Below are positions 25,400-36,300 of a DNA stretch of 64,000 bases, one piece after another; position 1 is the first letter of the stretch; each line of letters opens with the position of its first letter. The translations under genes were made by a program, and so were the position numbers. The stretch comes from Raillietiella orientalis (Eukaryota). The DNA lies in assembly GCA_036172245.1 (NCBI GenBank), contig JAYWIR010000023.1, positions 1,550,001-1,614,000 on the forward strand. Direction: 5' to 3'. Below the pieces are notes generated by a model, which worked only from the letters and a program-made list of their open reading frames with translations, was not told the origin of the DNA and did not search any database.

Positions 25400-27300
25400 G
25401 GCCCTAAACAAACATAACTAGCGGGGAATCGGAGGATGAGGGAAGACCAATAAATAAATAGATAAGCGGAAGGCGAGTTGGATCGTCCTCGAGACGATGC
25501 ATTTCCCTAGGCCTGATTAGATCAGGTGCGGGAAGAGAGGGGCGGGGTGACTTTGAGCTAGTCTGACCACACTTGCACACTTTCTCTCCACGGCCTGGGT
25601 CACTCCGCCGCACGGGGGCGATGGCTGTGCCGGATGGCTTCCTGGAATGATGGCTACTCCCTTCTTCCGCTTCGGCCATCATCGCTGCTCGCACGTGGCA
25701 GAGGGTCCCCAGCGAGGAGGCAGCTGGTTAGCTCAGAAAGTGGACACTCGTTCGAGAAGTGCCTGAGGGCGCATCATCGAGGAGTTGAGGCGTCTGCATC
25801 CCTGCTGCAGTCTCTGGAGCATTCTATTAGCTCGTGGGGAAGAGAGCTCTCAATGTCCTGCAGCGGGAACATCCCTCGGAGACTCTCCTCCCCTCTGGGG
25901 CGTGGTGGAGTTCCTCGCTCCAGGAAGGGGGGAGGGTTGCAACCACCGACGAGATCGCAAGCGGTTCGCCGGCAGCGGAAGAAGTAATGAGGCCAATGGT
26001 GGGGTTTGCCGCGAGCCGTCGAGACAGAAACAGGTGTCAGATGGCAAGTTCGAGGGGTGGGAGGACCACCATGGCACTGCCCTTGGGGTTCCTTCCGGAG
26101 TAGGCTGGGCCGACAGGGAGCTGTCGTGCTGACTACCTCGTGCGGTGTGCCGACCACCCCTCGGGGTGCGTTTGGGCCAGAGCGAGCGCCTGTCGTTCGC
26201 CGGTAGTTCAGCTCGAGGACGCGCCACTCACGCCAGGAGCGAACGAACTGCGCGAAGAAAGTTGGTAGACAGAGACGGCTTCATCCCAGCTGTAAGAAGA
26301 CCTAGTCGCCGCGCCTACTCGCTGGAACCATCGATCTCATCTTAAATGGCAGCCTCCTCTGGAACCCTCCCCCCCTCCTCGCCTATTCGCCAACTGAAGA
26401 GCCGACGACGCAGGTGACATAGCTCAAACGTCGGCAACCCAGAGGGCACCTTCGAAAGGCTGCGGAAGTCCGCTCGAGTGGCGGGACTTCGATCCCCGGT
26501 GCTGCTGCGGGCAACACTCCCATCCGGAGCCCGAGGTGCCATCCAGGGAGGAATGCGGGAAGCTCTTGGAGAGATCTTGGACCACAGTTCCAGCAGATGA
26601 TTCCGAAGCCTCCTCTCTGGTCTATTGTTCTCCCCGCTGATCTGCAGCATCCACGAGAAGACCCTTCCGTCGCTCCTCCCTGAGAAGAAGGCTGCTGCTT
26701 GAGAACTGTCTCCCTGATCCAGGAGAGCAGGGCGACGAAGAGATGGGGGAGATCCCAACGGCCTCCTCCGCGCTCTTGGAAGCGAGAGGATCGTTTCCAG
26801 AAGACGGATAGGGAATGGAAGGGAACCCGAAGGAGGGAGGCGCCAGGAAACGGTCTTCGGCGTTAGAAGGCTACTTGAAGGACAAGAGTGAAGGAGGATG
26901 ATATCATCGCCTGTCCCGAGGATGGAGATATAGACTTCAGGACGAGAAAGAAAATGAAGGGTAGGAGTGCCCTCTCATGGTCCTCGGGAGTGGGCGAAGC
27001 TCCCCCGGGGGCTAAAGGAGGAAGAGGGAGCAGGTCGATTCCTCGGGAGCGCGCGCGCCCTCCCGACTGCCTCGCTGCGTCCTAGAGGGAAGTCGGCGCC
27101 AGTCGGACGCTCCTGGACGCACATGCGAGTCCCGAGTCCACTCCCGCCTCGAAGCTGGCCTTCCTTCTTTTCCCCCGGGATTGATAGCAGGAAGCACGGA
27201 GAGGCTGCGATCGTCCGCGCGGGGCACCCGTGGCGCCTCGAGAGGAGCGTGAAAGGAGGAAGAGTTTCAGCTCCTTCCTTCCATGCTGCCGCAGTCCCTT
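25400..27300 (-). mobile_element. Decayed L1/Tx1-like LINE ORF2 relic (RT to zinc finger)
   Basis: On minus: SRGP*EG / ALLPFIFFLVLKS (about 26930-26990; RGxRQG.PLSPlLF.lvlE), ISILGTGDDIILL (about 26900; YADD), RLGLLT (about 26300; GGLG) and EKVCKCG (about 25570). Confidence 0.62.
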
Positions 27301-29036
27301 CAGAGTGACAAGAGTGGCGTTGGCCAGAAGAGGGTCCGCCCTCCCTCTTGATTCCCTCTTCCTCCTCACCCCGGAAGGTCCTCCTCTCCAGTCAAGGACG
27401 ACTCCCGCCCGAGGAAGGATGTGACTCCTCGGGCTCTCCCGTATTCTCTCGCTCTACTTGCACGGGAGGGTTCCTCTTTCCTGACTCCTCCTCCCTCTCG
27501 GTTCTGGGAAAGCGCGACATCTCAGGAGGGGCCCGCCTTTCTCTGAGCGAACAGGAATGGAGGAAAGGGAAGAGGGGAACAAGGTCACCGAGGACAGTCG
27601 GGAAGGAAGGGGAGCACGGAACTTGCCCCTGCCCCTTCTCCTCTCCCAGAGGGGGGAAGGAGAAGGGGCAGAGCTCTCTGAGACGCTGGAGCGACGACAC
27701 ATCGGTTCGTTGCCGCGGAAACCGCAAACGTCGTTCCACCACCCCTTCCTGCCTGGCCGGTGGGGACGAGGAGGAGCGCACGCCTTCCCAAGGATCTTCG
27801 AGGTCCTCGCTGGCGCGTCAGGACGCCAGCAGCTTCCGCTGAGGTTATGGCGCCTCCTCCTCTTCCTCCTCTCTTCTGAAGTTTCCGCACCCCTTGAGAA
27901 CCACCCTCTCCCCTTTCCTCACTCTCACCCCCCTCCCCTTCCTTATCAGCCGCACGAGCGCGCAGAAGACGGGACTCACCCGTCTTCTGTGGGCCCTTGG
28001 GGGAGGATGAGGTCGCGCGAGACAACGAGCACGCTCGCTCTCCCACCCACCTGACGCGCGCACGTTGCTGCTGCCCTTTCTGTCCCCCCCCCCCTCCCTC
28101 CCAGCGAACCTCTCGCTCACCGCCCCCTTCCATCCGCCGCCGCCTCCACCCTCCCCCGCGCCCCAGCGGCTGACATGCGTGGGAAGAGAGGGTGGAGGAG
28201 GGGGCAGAAGGGGAGGAGCGGCGGACAAGCAAGAAGGATGGCGTCGTTGGCGTCCGCTGCTGCGCCACGACCGCGAATTTCGGGCAGAGAGAAGGAGAGG
28301 CGGACCACTAGCCGTGGGTGGGTGGGGGAAGGAGGGTGGAGAGGCGGACAGCAAGGGGTACGCGGTGAGCTACTGTTGCGACGCTGCGTTGCCGCGGAAG
28401 CCTTTCGGAGACGGTGCTCCGTGGAGGCATCTATGTGCTCCTCCTAGGACACACAGTGGCCGTGGTGGAAAGGGGAGAGGTGGAAGAAGGAGAAAAACCC
28501 TCTCCTCCTCCTCCTCCTCTCCCCCACGCTACTACCCCACTGCCCTCCTCTCATGCGAGTGGGAGACGATGGCGACGCTGCGCGCGAGCTCGAGGACTCA
28601 ACATGGACGACGAATAAAGAGAGAAGGGGAAAGGGGGGAAGGAGAGAAGGAAGGGTGGAGGAAGGAGCAGAGGAAGGGAAGAAGAAAAAGGAGGAGGAGA
28701 AAGGGAAGAAGAGAAGGAAGATGAGCGGAGGAGGAGAGATGGAAAGAACAGAGGAGGAGGAGACATACTGCGCGGCCCACCCTACCCCACCTCCACTCCC
28801 CCACGCGCGCACATGCATGCATGCAGCGCACTCTTCCTTCTCCACCTCCACCTCCTCCTCCTCCTCCTACGGCGAAGACGATGGAGGCGCTCCCGCGCGC
28901 GGACTTATCTCTCCGATCCGATTCGCTGCTATTTTGGACGCTTGGCAACCGCGCTCTTGTAGGGCTCTCGGGCGGCGCAGCGTGTCAGTGCGGCGCGGGT
29001 TGCGACGGCGTGCGGAGGCCGTGCGAGCGCGTTGAG

Positions 29037-29042
29037 TCAGTT
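29037..29042 (+). promoter_or_regulatory. Candidate arthropod Initiator (TCAGTT) of the sHSP gene
   Basis: Exact TCAKTY match about 40 nt upstream of the ATG. A second TCAGTG lies at 28985. No TATA box or correctly spaced DPE was seen. Confidence 0.35.
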
Positions 29043-29078
29043 GAGGGCGACGGTGGCAGCATCACTACAGCAGCAGCG

Positions 29079-29299
29079 ATGGCGGAGAGGAGCCGAGAGG
29101 TGCCCATGCACAGGAGCGACTTCAGCGTCCTCGACTCGGAGTTCAACAGCATCCGGGAGCGGTTCGACGCGGAGATGAGCAAGATGGAGGAGGAGATGGC
29201 CAAGTTCCGGCAGGAGCTGCTCAGCCGCGAGTCCAGCATCTTCTCGAGGACGGGCAGCGGCAGGGATGCTGCCGACGGCCTCAAGAACTTCAAGAAGAG
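29079..29299 (+). CDS. HspB8: Small heat-shock protein (HSP20/alpha-crystallin family; HspB8/CG14207 = Hsp21.4 orthologous group), coding exon 1
   Basis: ATG at 29079 gives MAERSREVPMHRSDFSVLDSEFNSIRERFDAEMSKMEEEMAKFRQELLSRE, matching the conserved DFSVIDTEFSSIRERFDxEMxKMEEEMxKFR N-terminus of this arthropod sHSP group. Codons are strongly GC3-biased. The exon ends at a canonical donor AG|GTGAGC (intron starts 29300, phase 2). Confidence 0.93.
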
Positions 29300-29605
29300 G
29301 TGAGCGCACCGCTTCCCACTCCGCCCTGTAGGTGGCGGGAGCGACGGGGGAGGAGAGGAGGAAGGGAGGGGGGTCTCCAGCCTACTCCTGCTCAGGCATT
29401 CCTCTTGCTCGCGTCAGGTCCGAGTGACGTCATGACCCGGAGGCGGTTGCGTCGTTGCCGGCGCTGCTTGCCGTCCCCTCGCGGGCGTTTGGAGAAGGAT
29501 CTGCCGCGTTCTCTTTCTCCCTCCTCCTCCTTCCGCTGGTCAGCTCCTCCGGTCCGACCGGCGAAAAACGCCCCATCTAAGGGAAACCGGAAGAAAGAAC
29601 AGGGA

Positions 29606-29643
29606 AGGGGAGCGTCGCGTGGCAAGGGGAGCGTCGCGTGGCA
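29606..29643. repeat. Perfect 2 x 19 bp tandem repeat in the sHSP intron
   Basis: AGGGGAGCGTCGCGTGGCA repeated twice exactly. Confidence 0.9.
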
Positions 29644-32147
29644 ACCGTGCGGATCCCCCGCTGCCGCCGCCGCCGCCACATCGATTTCCCGTTTGCCGCT
29701 GCTGCGGAGGAAGGGGAGGAGGGGTGCCGTAGCGCGCACGGTAACCACGGGGAACGAGCGGCGGAGTGTGCGTTGCGGGCTCTTCCAAGGTCAGTCGGCA
29801 TGCAGCAGATCGAAAGCGCGTGAGCGCACGCACGGTGCCAGAACCGGGGAGCGAGCTCAGCGCCGCCAAGGAGATGTGAGGAGGCTGAAGGGCAACCGGC
29901 GGACCGGCGCTCGCTCGCTTGCTGCGCTAGGTGGGTGGGTACTTACGGGAAGCGCTGCCGTCTTTCGGACGCGGGAGGCTGAGTTCGCGCGCATGCATTC
30001 GCGCAGGTGACGGCGAGTACGGTCTCTACACCCCCTCCCGAGCCGTTCACTCTCAGCGAAGGGGGTAGGGGGTGGGGGCGCCCCGCTTCCTTTCGAGGGA
30101 ACAGCTCCCAGGGCGACGAGAAGAGAACAGTGGTCACTTGCATCCCGAGCTCGGGAAAGGCAGGAGCGCATGTCTCCTCCGCAGTCTCTCCCCGGCCTCT
30201 TCCGGCATCTCGCCGGCTCTGCGTTTTATTTTTGGAGCGAGGGCGAGCGAGCGAACAAGCTGAAGTCGCCTTGCCGCCACGGCGGCATCTGCCGGGCTTT
30301 TGCCAAATTAGAAGCTAATTCCTGTTTTTTTTTTTTTTTGTTTATTTATTTATTTTTTTTTCTTCTCCTTTTGTGCCTAACGCAGCCAACAGTCGGCGTC
30401 CTCGACTTGGAAGGAAAGCGTGGAGGATGGAACACGGTATGTCAGCATCGTTTCCTTGGCAATACCCCTGGGAAACCTGCCAGATCAGATTCTCCCCTCC
30501 TCCCCCTCGTTTCGTCTTCCCTTTCCTTCTTTGATTTTCTGCTGGATGGAGGCAGCGGAAACCGCGCGGCTCACCCCATTTTTTTTTTCTCTCCGCGTTC
30601 CAAACACACGCCCCAGGCTTTCGGTCTCCCCTCCCCCTCCTCCGATTCTTTTTCCTCCTCCCTGCGACTCCGTTCTTCCGTTTCCCTCCCTTCCTCCACT
30701 TCAGCTCCCTCTTCGTCCCCTTCCCATTTCACTTCCTCCTCCCCATCTCTCCCTTCCTCCCCTCCTCCCTCGCCTCTCTACCTGGCCGGCGTTTCGCGCG
30801 CGAGCGGTGACCCCGAACGCGTCTGTGGAAAGCAGCGAGCGCGAGAGGAACTCTCGAGGCCTTCCTTCCGACGGATTGCTGCTCTTTCGCTGGTCCGCCT
30901 CCAGGCGCCGGCGGCTGCGTCCTCCCGCTGCCACCTGCGCCGCAAAGTCCCGTGGCGAAAGCGCCCAGCCTCCCTTTCCTCGTCCGTCGCCGAATCCGCG
31001 CGCAACTCCCTCTCCCTTTCCGCTTCCTTCCCCTGTTGGAACCGCCTCATCCCGGAAACCGAATGCTGCCGCCTTCTCCCTCGTCGCTTGCGAGAGGTCT
31101 CCTTCCGACGTCCCAGGACGATCCCGTGCGCGTCTCCCTTGTCCCGTCGATCCCCGAGCGGAGGTCACCAGCCTCGCGCCCCCACAATCGCGCGCGCGAG
31201 GTGTTGCTGCAGGGGCGTTCGCGAGAGCTCGCGCGCTCCTTATGGACGAGGGACGGTCGCGTGACGGGGCAGCCGATGACGACGGATCGCGGAGGGGAGG
31301 AAGGAAAGCGTGCGTGCTTGCGTTCGTGCTTCTCAGTCACGGCAGCCTCCCCCCTTTCCTCCTGACCGTGTTCTGTTCCTGCACCTGTTTCTTGTCTCTC
31401 TTCTTCCTCCTCCTCCTCTCTTCTTCCTCCTTCCATGCGCTCGACTTCGCGCTCCTCCAGCGTAATGAAGACGGCGTTCCTGCTCTTGCGCGAAGGGTCA
31501 TGCCGAGCATCTCCTACGCCCGCAGCCATCGGAAGGAGCTTCTCCGCCGACCGCGGCGAGAGCAGGGGAGGGGGGGGGCATTTCGTTCGTTGCCGTCTCC
31601 GCTGCCTTCGCTATTGCGGCTGCTGCTTCCGGCGAGAGGAGGCCTCTTGCCGTTCCTCCGCCTTCAGTCCGCGTCTCCTCTCCCGGGTTTACCTCGGACG
31701 GAGGAACCTGGCGCCCGCGACGGCAGGAAGATGGGATGGGCAGGGTGTCCGGACGCGTCTCCCCGTCTCTCCCTCGCCCCTTCCTGTTCCTTCTCGTTCG
31801 GGACGGCGCGCTAAGGAAAGCGGCAGGCGACACAAGACTCTCGCTTGCTCGCGGTCGGATCGGGTCGCTGTCCCCCGGCATCCGTCTCTCCTTCGGTGCA
31901 ACAAAAAGAGAAAGGGGAGTTGGCAGCAGCAGCAGCGGCGGCATGCGGCTACCGCCTCCCCGTCTCCAAGGAGATGCTCTTCCTCCCTCCCCCGCCCTTC
32001 CTCTTCTCCGCCGGGATGTGCGTGGTGGTGCTCGTTTTCTTTTCACGTTTCCATACTAATCCTCTTCCCGCCCTCCTCCTCCTCCTCCTCCGCTCCACTT
32101 CATCCAGCGACGGGCGCATGTTCCTCATGGTCTCTGTTGTTATGCAG

Positions 32148-32282
32148 TTACTCAGAATCCTGCGAAACCAAGGAATTCCACGCCTGGTCCAGTGATTCGG
32201 GCAAGGGAAGCTCGCCTCCGCCCTTCCAAAGCGTCTTTCAAAGTAACGGGGTCAAATCTCAAGCTAACAAGTTTAATACAAG
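32148..32282 (+). CDS. Candidate alternative (cassette) exon of the sHSP gene
   Basis: Preceded by TGTTGTTATGCAG. It is 135 nt, phase 2 at both ends, stop-free in the gene frame (SYSESCETKEFHAWSSDSGKGSSPPPFQSVFQSNGVKSQANKFNT) and higher in complexity than the flanking intron. It needs a non-canonical donor AG|GCATGT. Confidence 0.4.
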
Positions 32283-32712
32283 GCATGTGACGTTTCTCTT
32301 TTCTTGTTTGGCCCTCTTGCCTGATCATCTGCTTGCTCGCCCCCCTGCCTGCGACCCCGCACGCACATGCACGCATCCCAACCAGAACGCCCGTGGCCAC
32401 CGCCCGGCTCCCCTTCTCGGGTCATCCTCGAGCAGCGAATCGGGGCGGCGCGTCACGCCTTTTTATTGTTCATCTTCCTTTCTTCTTGTAGTCATAACAT
32501 AGAGATAGCCCAGTCCTACGCCCTCTAGTTGCTGTGTGTCACAAAACCCAAAGGTCTTGTCTCGTCTTCTTTTATTTTTATTTTTATTTTTTTTTTTTTT
32601 TGTGTTTTGCGTCTGTTTGTTCAAACGTCACTCCAAAAAAAAAAAATGAATTAATTTCTCCTCCCCTCTCCCCCCCCTTTTCTCCCCCCCCCCCTTTGCT
32701 GATTTTTTTTAG

Positions 32713-33073
32713 CCTCCCTTCGGATGGCGCCGCGTCCCAGCGCAGCTGGCTGGACGGCCTCAACTCGCCGCTGATCCAGGAAGTCGACAACGGCAAGGTG
32801 CTGAAGCTGCGGTTCGACGTCAGCCAGTATGCTCCGGAGGAGATCGTGGTCAAGACCGTGGACAACAAGCTGAACGTGCACGCGAAGCACGAGGAGAAGA
32901 CGGACAACCGCAGCACCTACCGGGAGTACAACAGGGAGTTTCTCCTGCCCAAGTACGTGAACCCGGAGAGCATATGCTCCTCGCTGTCCCGCGACGGCGT
33001 GCTGACCGTGGAGGCACCCTTGCCGGCGTCCATCCCTTCCAACGAGAAGCTGATCTCGATAGAACACCGCTAG
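32713..33073 (+). CDS. HspB8: Small heat-shock protein, last coding exon (alpha-crystallin domain)
   Basis: Polypyrimidine tract and TTTTTTTTAG acceptor end at 32712. The phase-2 join restores the frame (AG+C = Ser). Encodes SWLDGLNSPLIQEVDNGKVLKLRFDVSQYAPEEIVVKTVDNKLNVHAKHEEK...YREYNREFLLPKYVNPESICSSLSRDGVLTVEAPLP...EKLISIEHR*, a full alpha-crystallin domain with a C-terminal IxI motif. Spliced CDS is 582 nt (193 aa). Confidence 0.96.
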
Positions 33074-33323
33074 CCCGCGCCCCCCCCCCCCCGGCGGCGT
33101 GTCCTGGCCACGTGCGACCGCAGGTCGCCGGCGCGCGGGGGGGCTGGAGCGCGCGCGGCTCCCGGCACACCACCGCCACGAGCCCCCCAGCCGTGGTGAC
33201 GGCGACGGCAGCAGCGGACTGTACCTTTCCTTCACCGTCTCCCGTTGTCCTCGAGACCAGCGCATCCTTGGAAGCAGCTTTCCTCTCCAAATTTGTTGCC
33301 TTTTGTGGTTCCGCTTGAGTTAG

Positions 33324-33363
33324 TATAAAGTCTTCTGGAAGACCGCCCTGTGCTTGCTTTGTG
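33324..33363 (+). terminator. Candidate variant polyadenylation signal (TATAAA) with downstream GU-rich element for the sHSP mRNA
   Basis: TATAAA at 33324-33329, about 250 nt after the stop, with a U-rich upstream stretch (TTTGTTGCCTTTTGTGGTT) and downstream TGTGCTTGCTTTGTG. I saw no canonical AATAAA for several kb downstream. Confidence 0.45.
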
Positions 33364-36300
33364 AGGGGGAGCAGCTCACGGTCGTGGGAGAGGGGGAAAG
33401 GAGGGGGGATCGTTTCACCCAGGGCGGGCGCCAGCAGCCACCCATCGCGCGATCGCCAGACGCCGATTGATGGGGTCATCATATGCTCCCCTCTTTCTCG
33501 TCTTGCTGTCGCGGGGTTGCGGCCCCCGATCCCCCCCAGGAAGGACCAAGCTGGAGACTGCTGAACGTCCCTGAACCAGGCACGCCTCGGACCGATGGGC
33601 GGTCTCTCCGGCAACCACGGCGTTGGAGTCAGCGGACGCAGTGGAGGCGAGGCACTGGATCCGTCGCCTCGGCACCCGTCTAGCTCTTTGAAGACCTCCC
33701 GTTGCGCTTCGTACCTCCCTCTACCAACTCTCCCGAGCGCGCGGAGACCGCGCGTCTGCGCACGCGCCCTCCGCCCCGCGGTCGTTGTCGGGGAGACCGT
33801 TGCTTTGCTTGACGGGCGTGGCGTCTGTTCCCGCTTTTCATGAGAGACACCCGCCGGACTGCGTCGTGCTCTCCCGGCAAGAGAAACAGCCGCACCGCAA
33901 CCCCCCACCCCCACCCCCTACCCCCCCGGTTTCAGGAATCCGGAAAGGAGGCCAGGAGATAGGGCAAGGTGCGTGCTGCATTGGGTTCCTCTCTCCCCTC
34001 CCCCATCCTTCCAATTCAGGTCGCATCCCGAAGTCGAGGTTGTGACTGGGGACCCCGTTCGAGGGGCGTGGAGAAGGAGAGGAACGTTTGGAGCTCGCGG
34101 ACGCGCCACCACCGGATTGGGCGGGTCTCGCAGCGACGACTCCATCCCCGGAAGTTCACTTCCGGCCTCAACACACGCCAGCGCCGCCACGAGCGTCGCT
34201 TTGACGCCGTCGCGAAACCTTTCCCTCCCCTTTTCCTCCAGGAATCGCTCCCGCAAAACGAAAGGGGAGAAAGGGCACTCGCGGAAAGGAAGGTTCCTCC
34301 AGCCTTCGTGACCCGCCAGGTGTCGTACGGTGAAAAAAAGAAAAAAGGAGAGGGGGAAGGGAGGGGAGGGAGAGCAGGTGTCTGCTCGCATAGCAACGGG
34401 TCACGTGATCGCGCGCGAAGGCCTTCGAAGACGGCAGCGGTCAGGGTTTGCGCTCGCCCTCCTCCCTCCGAGCGGCGAATGGCGACGCGGCTTCGCCCGA
34501 TGGCGAGCACCGCCCGTGGAGAGCTGCGTGGCAGGGTGTGTGCCGCCGCCATGCGCGGCTGGAATGTTCGAAAGCGCCACCTTTTTTCCCCCGCGGCGCT
34601 CTCGGATCCACAAAACGAGCTTCCGCAGCTCCCTTCCCTTCCTGCATTCCTCCCCTCCCTTTTTCCTGCCTCCCGGGGACGCCCGCGGTCGCCCTGGAAA
34701 GCGGGAGGCAGGAAAAAGCACCTGCAAGGGCGTTGGTGGGCTGAAGAGCGCAGGGAGGAAGGATCGCCGCTATCCGCCGAGGGAGTGACGACGCACCTAG
34801 ATGGCCCCGCCAGAAAGAAAGGAGGGAGGAGGGGAACTGCTGAGCGGTCAGGGGAACTCCCAGAATTCCCGGGTCCATCCGAGAGCCTCGGGTGTCTGCC
34901 GCACTCAAGGAAAAGTCGATGCCCAGAGCGAAGAAGGTGTCCTCCGGCTGCACGGAGCTTCGGATCGGGAAGAGGAGCGCACGAGAAGGAAAAGCGACTC
35001 ACACGCAGCAGCAGGGACCATGGTGCGGTTCGCTCCGCGGGGAGCCATGGTTACCGGAGCCAAGCCGGAAGCCGTGTTGGTCAGGCAGAAGACCGATTGG
35101 TGCGCCGATTACCTCCTTTCCCCCCCTCCTCCTTCTCGCCCTGCCCCCGAGCGCACGTTGGGGAGCGAGACGGCAGTGGCTGCCCATAGGGCAAGTTGGC
35201 GAAGGCGATCGGCAGAAAAGGAAGCTGCGCGCCACCGGTTCCTAGGATGGTAGTCAGTTTGCCCCGCGGCACGCGCTACCCAAAGCACGGGCGGAATCGG
35301 CTGCGAGGGAAGAACTGCTTCTCTCTTCGGAGGAGGGCGAAGCCGCGGACATCATCAGGGAGCAGAGTTCTTGATCGAGTCCTCCGCCGAGGTACCCCGT
35401 CTGCGCGGCGTCCCTTCCGTTCTTTCCCCTCGAAAAGATTGTCCTTTCCGCTGACAGACGGCAGCTGTCCTCACGGAAGGAGCTCTTCGCTTTCGAAAGG
35501 CGAGCGAGGAGGAAGCACTTTGGGGGAAGGGCCGTGCATCCACCGCGGGGGAGCAGCAAGCAAATTAATCACCGCGCCTACGGCGGCCCTTGCCGTGCAG
35601 ATGGCTTTTGCGGACGCGAACGCCAGCCCATCTGGGTGCGAACTGATTCATAGGACCGCGGGTAGCCGCGCAAGGTTCTGCCGGAGTCCCAGTTCGCGGC
35701 GGTCCCGTTCGGCGAAGAGTGGAACTCGGCGAGCGGGCAGGTGGGCCCAGCGAGCAACGCTCAGGCGCTCGGATCCCGCCTTCGATCAGCCCCGACGTTC
35801 CCGTGGAAGCCGAGCCCGCCGGCTGCGCCAGGACCTTGGCCCGAACACACACACACACACACAAAAATCCTTCCCGCAGGTCTCCACTCCCGGAAGACGT
35901 TTCCGCTCTTCCCCTTTCCATTTCCAGGATCGCGGGATGTCGCAGCAGCAGCGCCCCAAAATGGTCTTCAGCTTCCGTTTCCTCTCATCCTTTCCACCTC
36001 TCCGCGGGAGGCGGGCAGCCCTTGGAATTCGCCCATCCCTCGCGCGATGGTGCAACTGCCGCGCCTGCAGAGCACTCGGATCTTTCGGCAACGCCGGGCC
36101 GAAGCGCTGCGGCGGCGACTGCCACCTGGAACTTCCGGCTCCCTCTAACAGTCGAATGTCCCCAAGTTGTCTCATCAGGGAGCACCGCTGGGTCGAGGGC
36201 GGGAGAGGCGACCTTGCGCAGGCGGCGAAAGGTCGATTCGTAGGTCACCAAACGGAGAGAGGAGGAGCAGGAAGAGGGAACCAGCTGCAATCCGTTGGGA

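Noticed and set aside
27876..27886. Heat-shock element GAAgtTTC
   Set aside because: Only two nGAAn units, about 1.2 kb upstream. Expected by chance.
28821..29078. Upstream in-frame ATGs extending the sHSP N-terminus
   Set aside because: The extension is poly-Pro and low complexity. Family similarity and codon bias begin at 29079, and an Inr-like motif lies inside it.
30170..32502. Overlapping 355-464 aa ORFs inside the sHSP intron
   Set aside because: Low-complexity translations of CT-rich tracts, open in several frames at once. Only 32148-32282 looks exon-like.
32534..32712. Single-exon 179-aa sHSP as given by the ORF track
   Set aside because: The first 59 codons translate poly-T and poly-C intron sequence ending in a clear acceptor at 32712.
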